Assembly (NCBI GenBank): GCA_964400515.1
Contig: CAYNTJ010000009.1
Span: forward strand, 59,292 to 83,291
Reading direction: 5' to 3'
Origin: an uncultured Oscillospiraceae bacterium
GTDB taxonomy: Bacteria > Bacillota > Clostridia > Peptostreptococcales > Anaerovoracaceae
Length of the DNA: 24,000 nucleotides
In this document: positions 23,845 to 24,000 of the stretch, piece after piece
Numbering within the stretch: the first letter of the stretch is position 1
Layout of the letters: each line of letters begins with the position of its first letter
The notes under the pieces: model-generated
Database searches by the model: none
The model's input: the letters and a program-made list of their open reading frames with translations, nothing else
What the model was told of the DNA's origin: nothing
Translations under genes and position numbers: made by a program

Positions 23845-24000
23845 GCTACTGCACCTCCTGTCGAAAGAACGCGGTTTAAGGTGTCCTGAGGCATCCCGTT
23901 TTCCAGAAAGCGCTTCTGCAGGCTGGGTGAAATCCCCTGTACCGCCCGGTGGTTCCCGTTGATGATGAACTTCCCGTTTTCCACGCGGTTCTCGGTGATC
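23841..24000 (-). CDS. C-terminal end of a probable CpaF/TadA-family secretion ATPase (partial; starts beyond the right edge)
   Basis: An open frame from 24000 to the stop at 23841 reads ...ITENRVENGKFIINGNHRAVQGISPSLQKRFLENGMPQDTLNRVLSTGGAVA*. The call rests mainly on its position directly upstream of the TadB/TadC-like pair, since only 52 codons are visible. Confidence 0.45.
   Translation of the reverse strand, partial: ITENRVENGKFIINGNHRAVQGISPSLQKRFLENGMPQDTLNRVLSTGGAVA

Noticed and set aside
1-24000. CRISPR arrays, tRNA or rRNA genes
   Set aside because: I saw no regularly spaced direct repeats, no cloverleaf-compatible segments, and no rRNA-like conserved stretches while reading both strands.

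Overview
This window looks like a segment of a Firmicutes (Clostridia-like) integrative/conjugative element; the host assignment is inferred from protein-family resemblance only. One long, translationally coupled minus-strand operon runs right to left. In order it encodes: a CpaF/TadA-like ATPase tail (23841-24000), TadB-like, TadC-like, a small acidic protein, two TadE/pseudopilin-like proteins, a Ser/Thr/Pro-rich membrane protein, a large secreted protein, a VirB2-like protein, a hypothetical protein, VirB6/TrbL-like, DUF4406-like, a large DNA cytosine-5 methyltransferase, VirB3/PrgI-like, a VirB4 N-domain ORF, and the VirB4 ATPase (1-992, absent from the ORF track because it runs off the window). 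Three secondary insertions sit in this backbone. (i) A ~2.8 kb group II intron (about 15541-18318) lies in the last codons of the secreted-protein gene. (ii) A 5.47 kb element carrying three tyrosine recombinases and a TnpC-like gene (5740-11207) splits the methyltransferase gene at ...LECER|LQGFPDYW..., with the hexamer CCGTTC at both junctions. (iii) A ~3.7 kb mosaic cargo block (993-4717) separates the two VirB4 ORFs; it carries uppP, an ATC-hydrolase-like gene, an AbiEi-like gene with a truncated AbiEii stub, and a hypothetical gene. Two frameshifts were found: an A7 run in the intron reverse transcriptase and a 4-bp tandem duplication in the secreted-protein gene. The most unusual observation is a 152-codon alternative-frame ORF with its own SD and ATG inside the methyltransferase gene (12341-12799). 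Its translation looks like a real protein while the main frame encodes motifs VI-VIII. No rRNA, tRNA or CRISPR array was seen.
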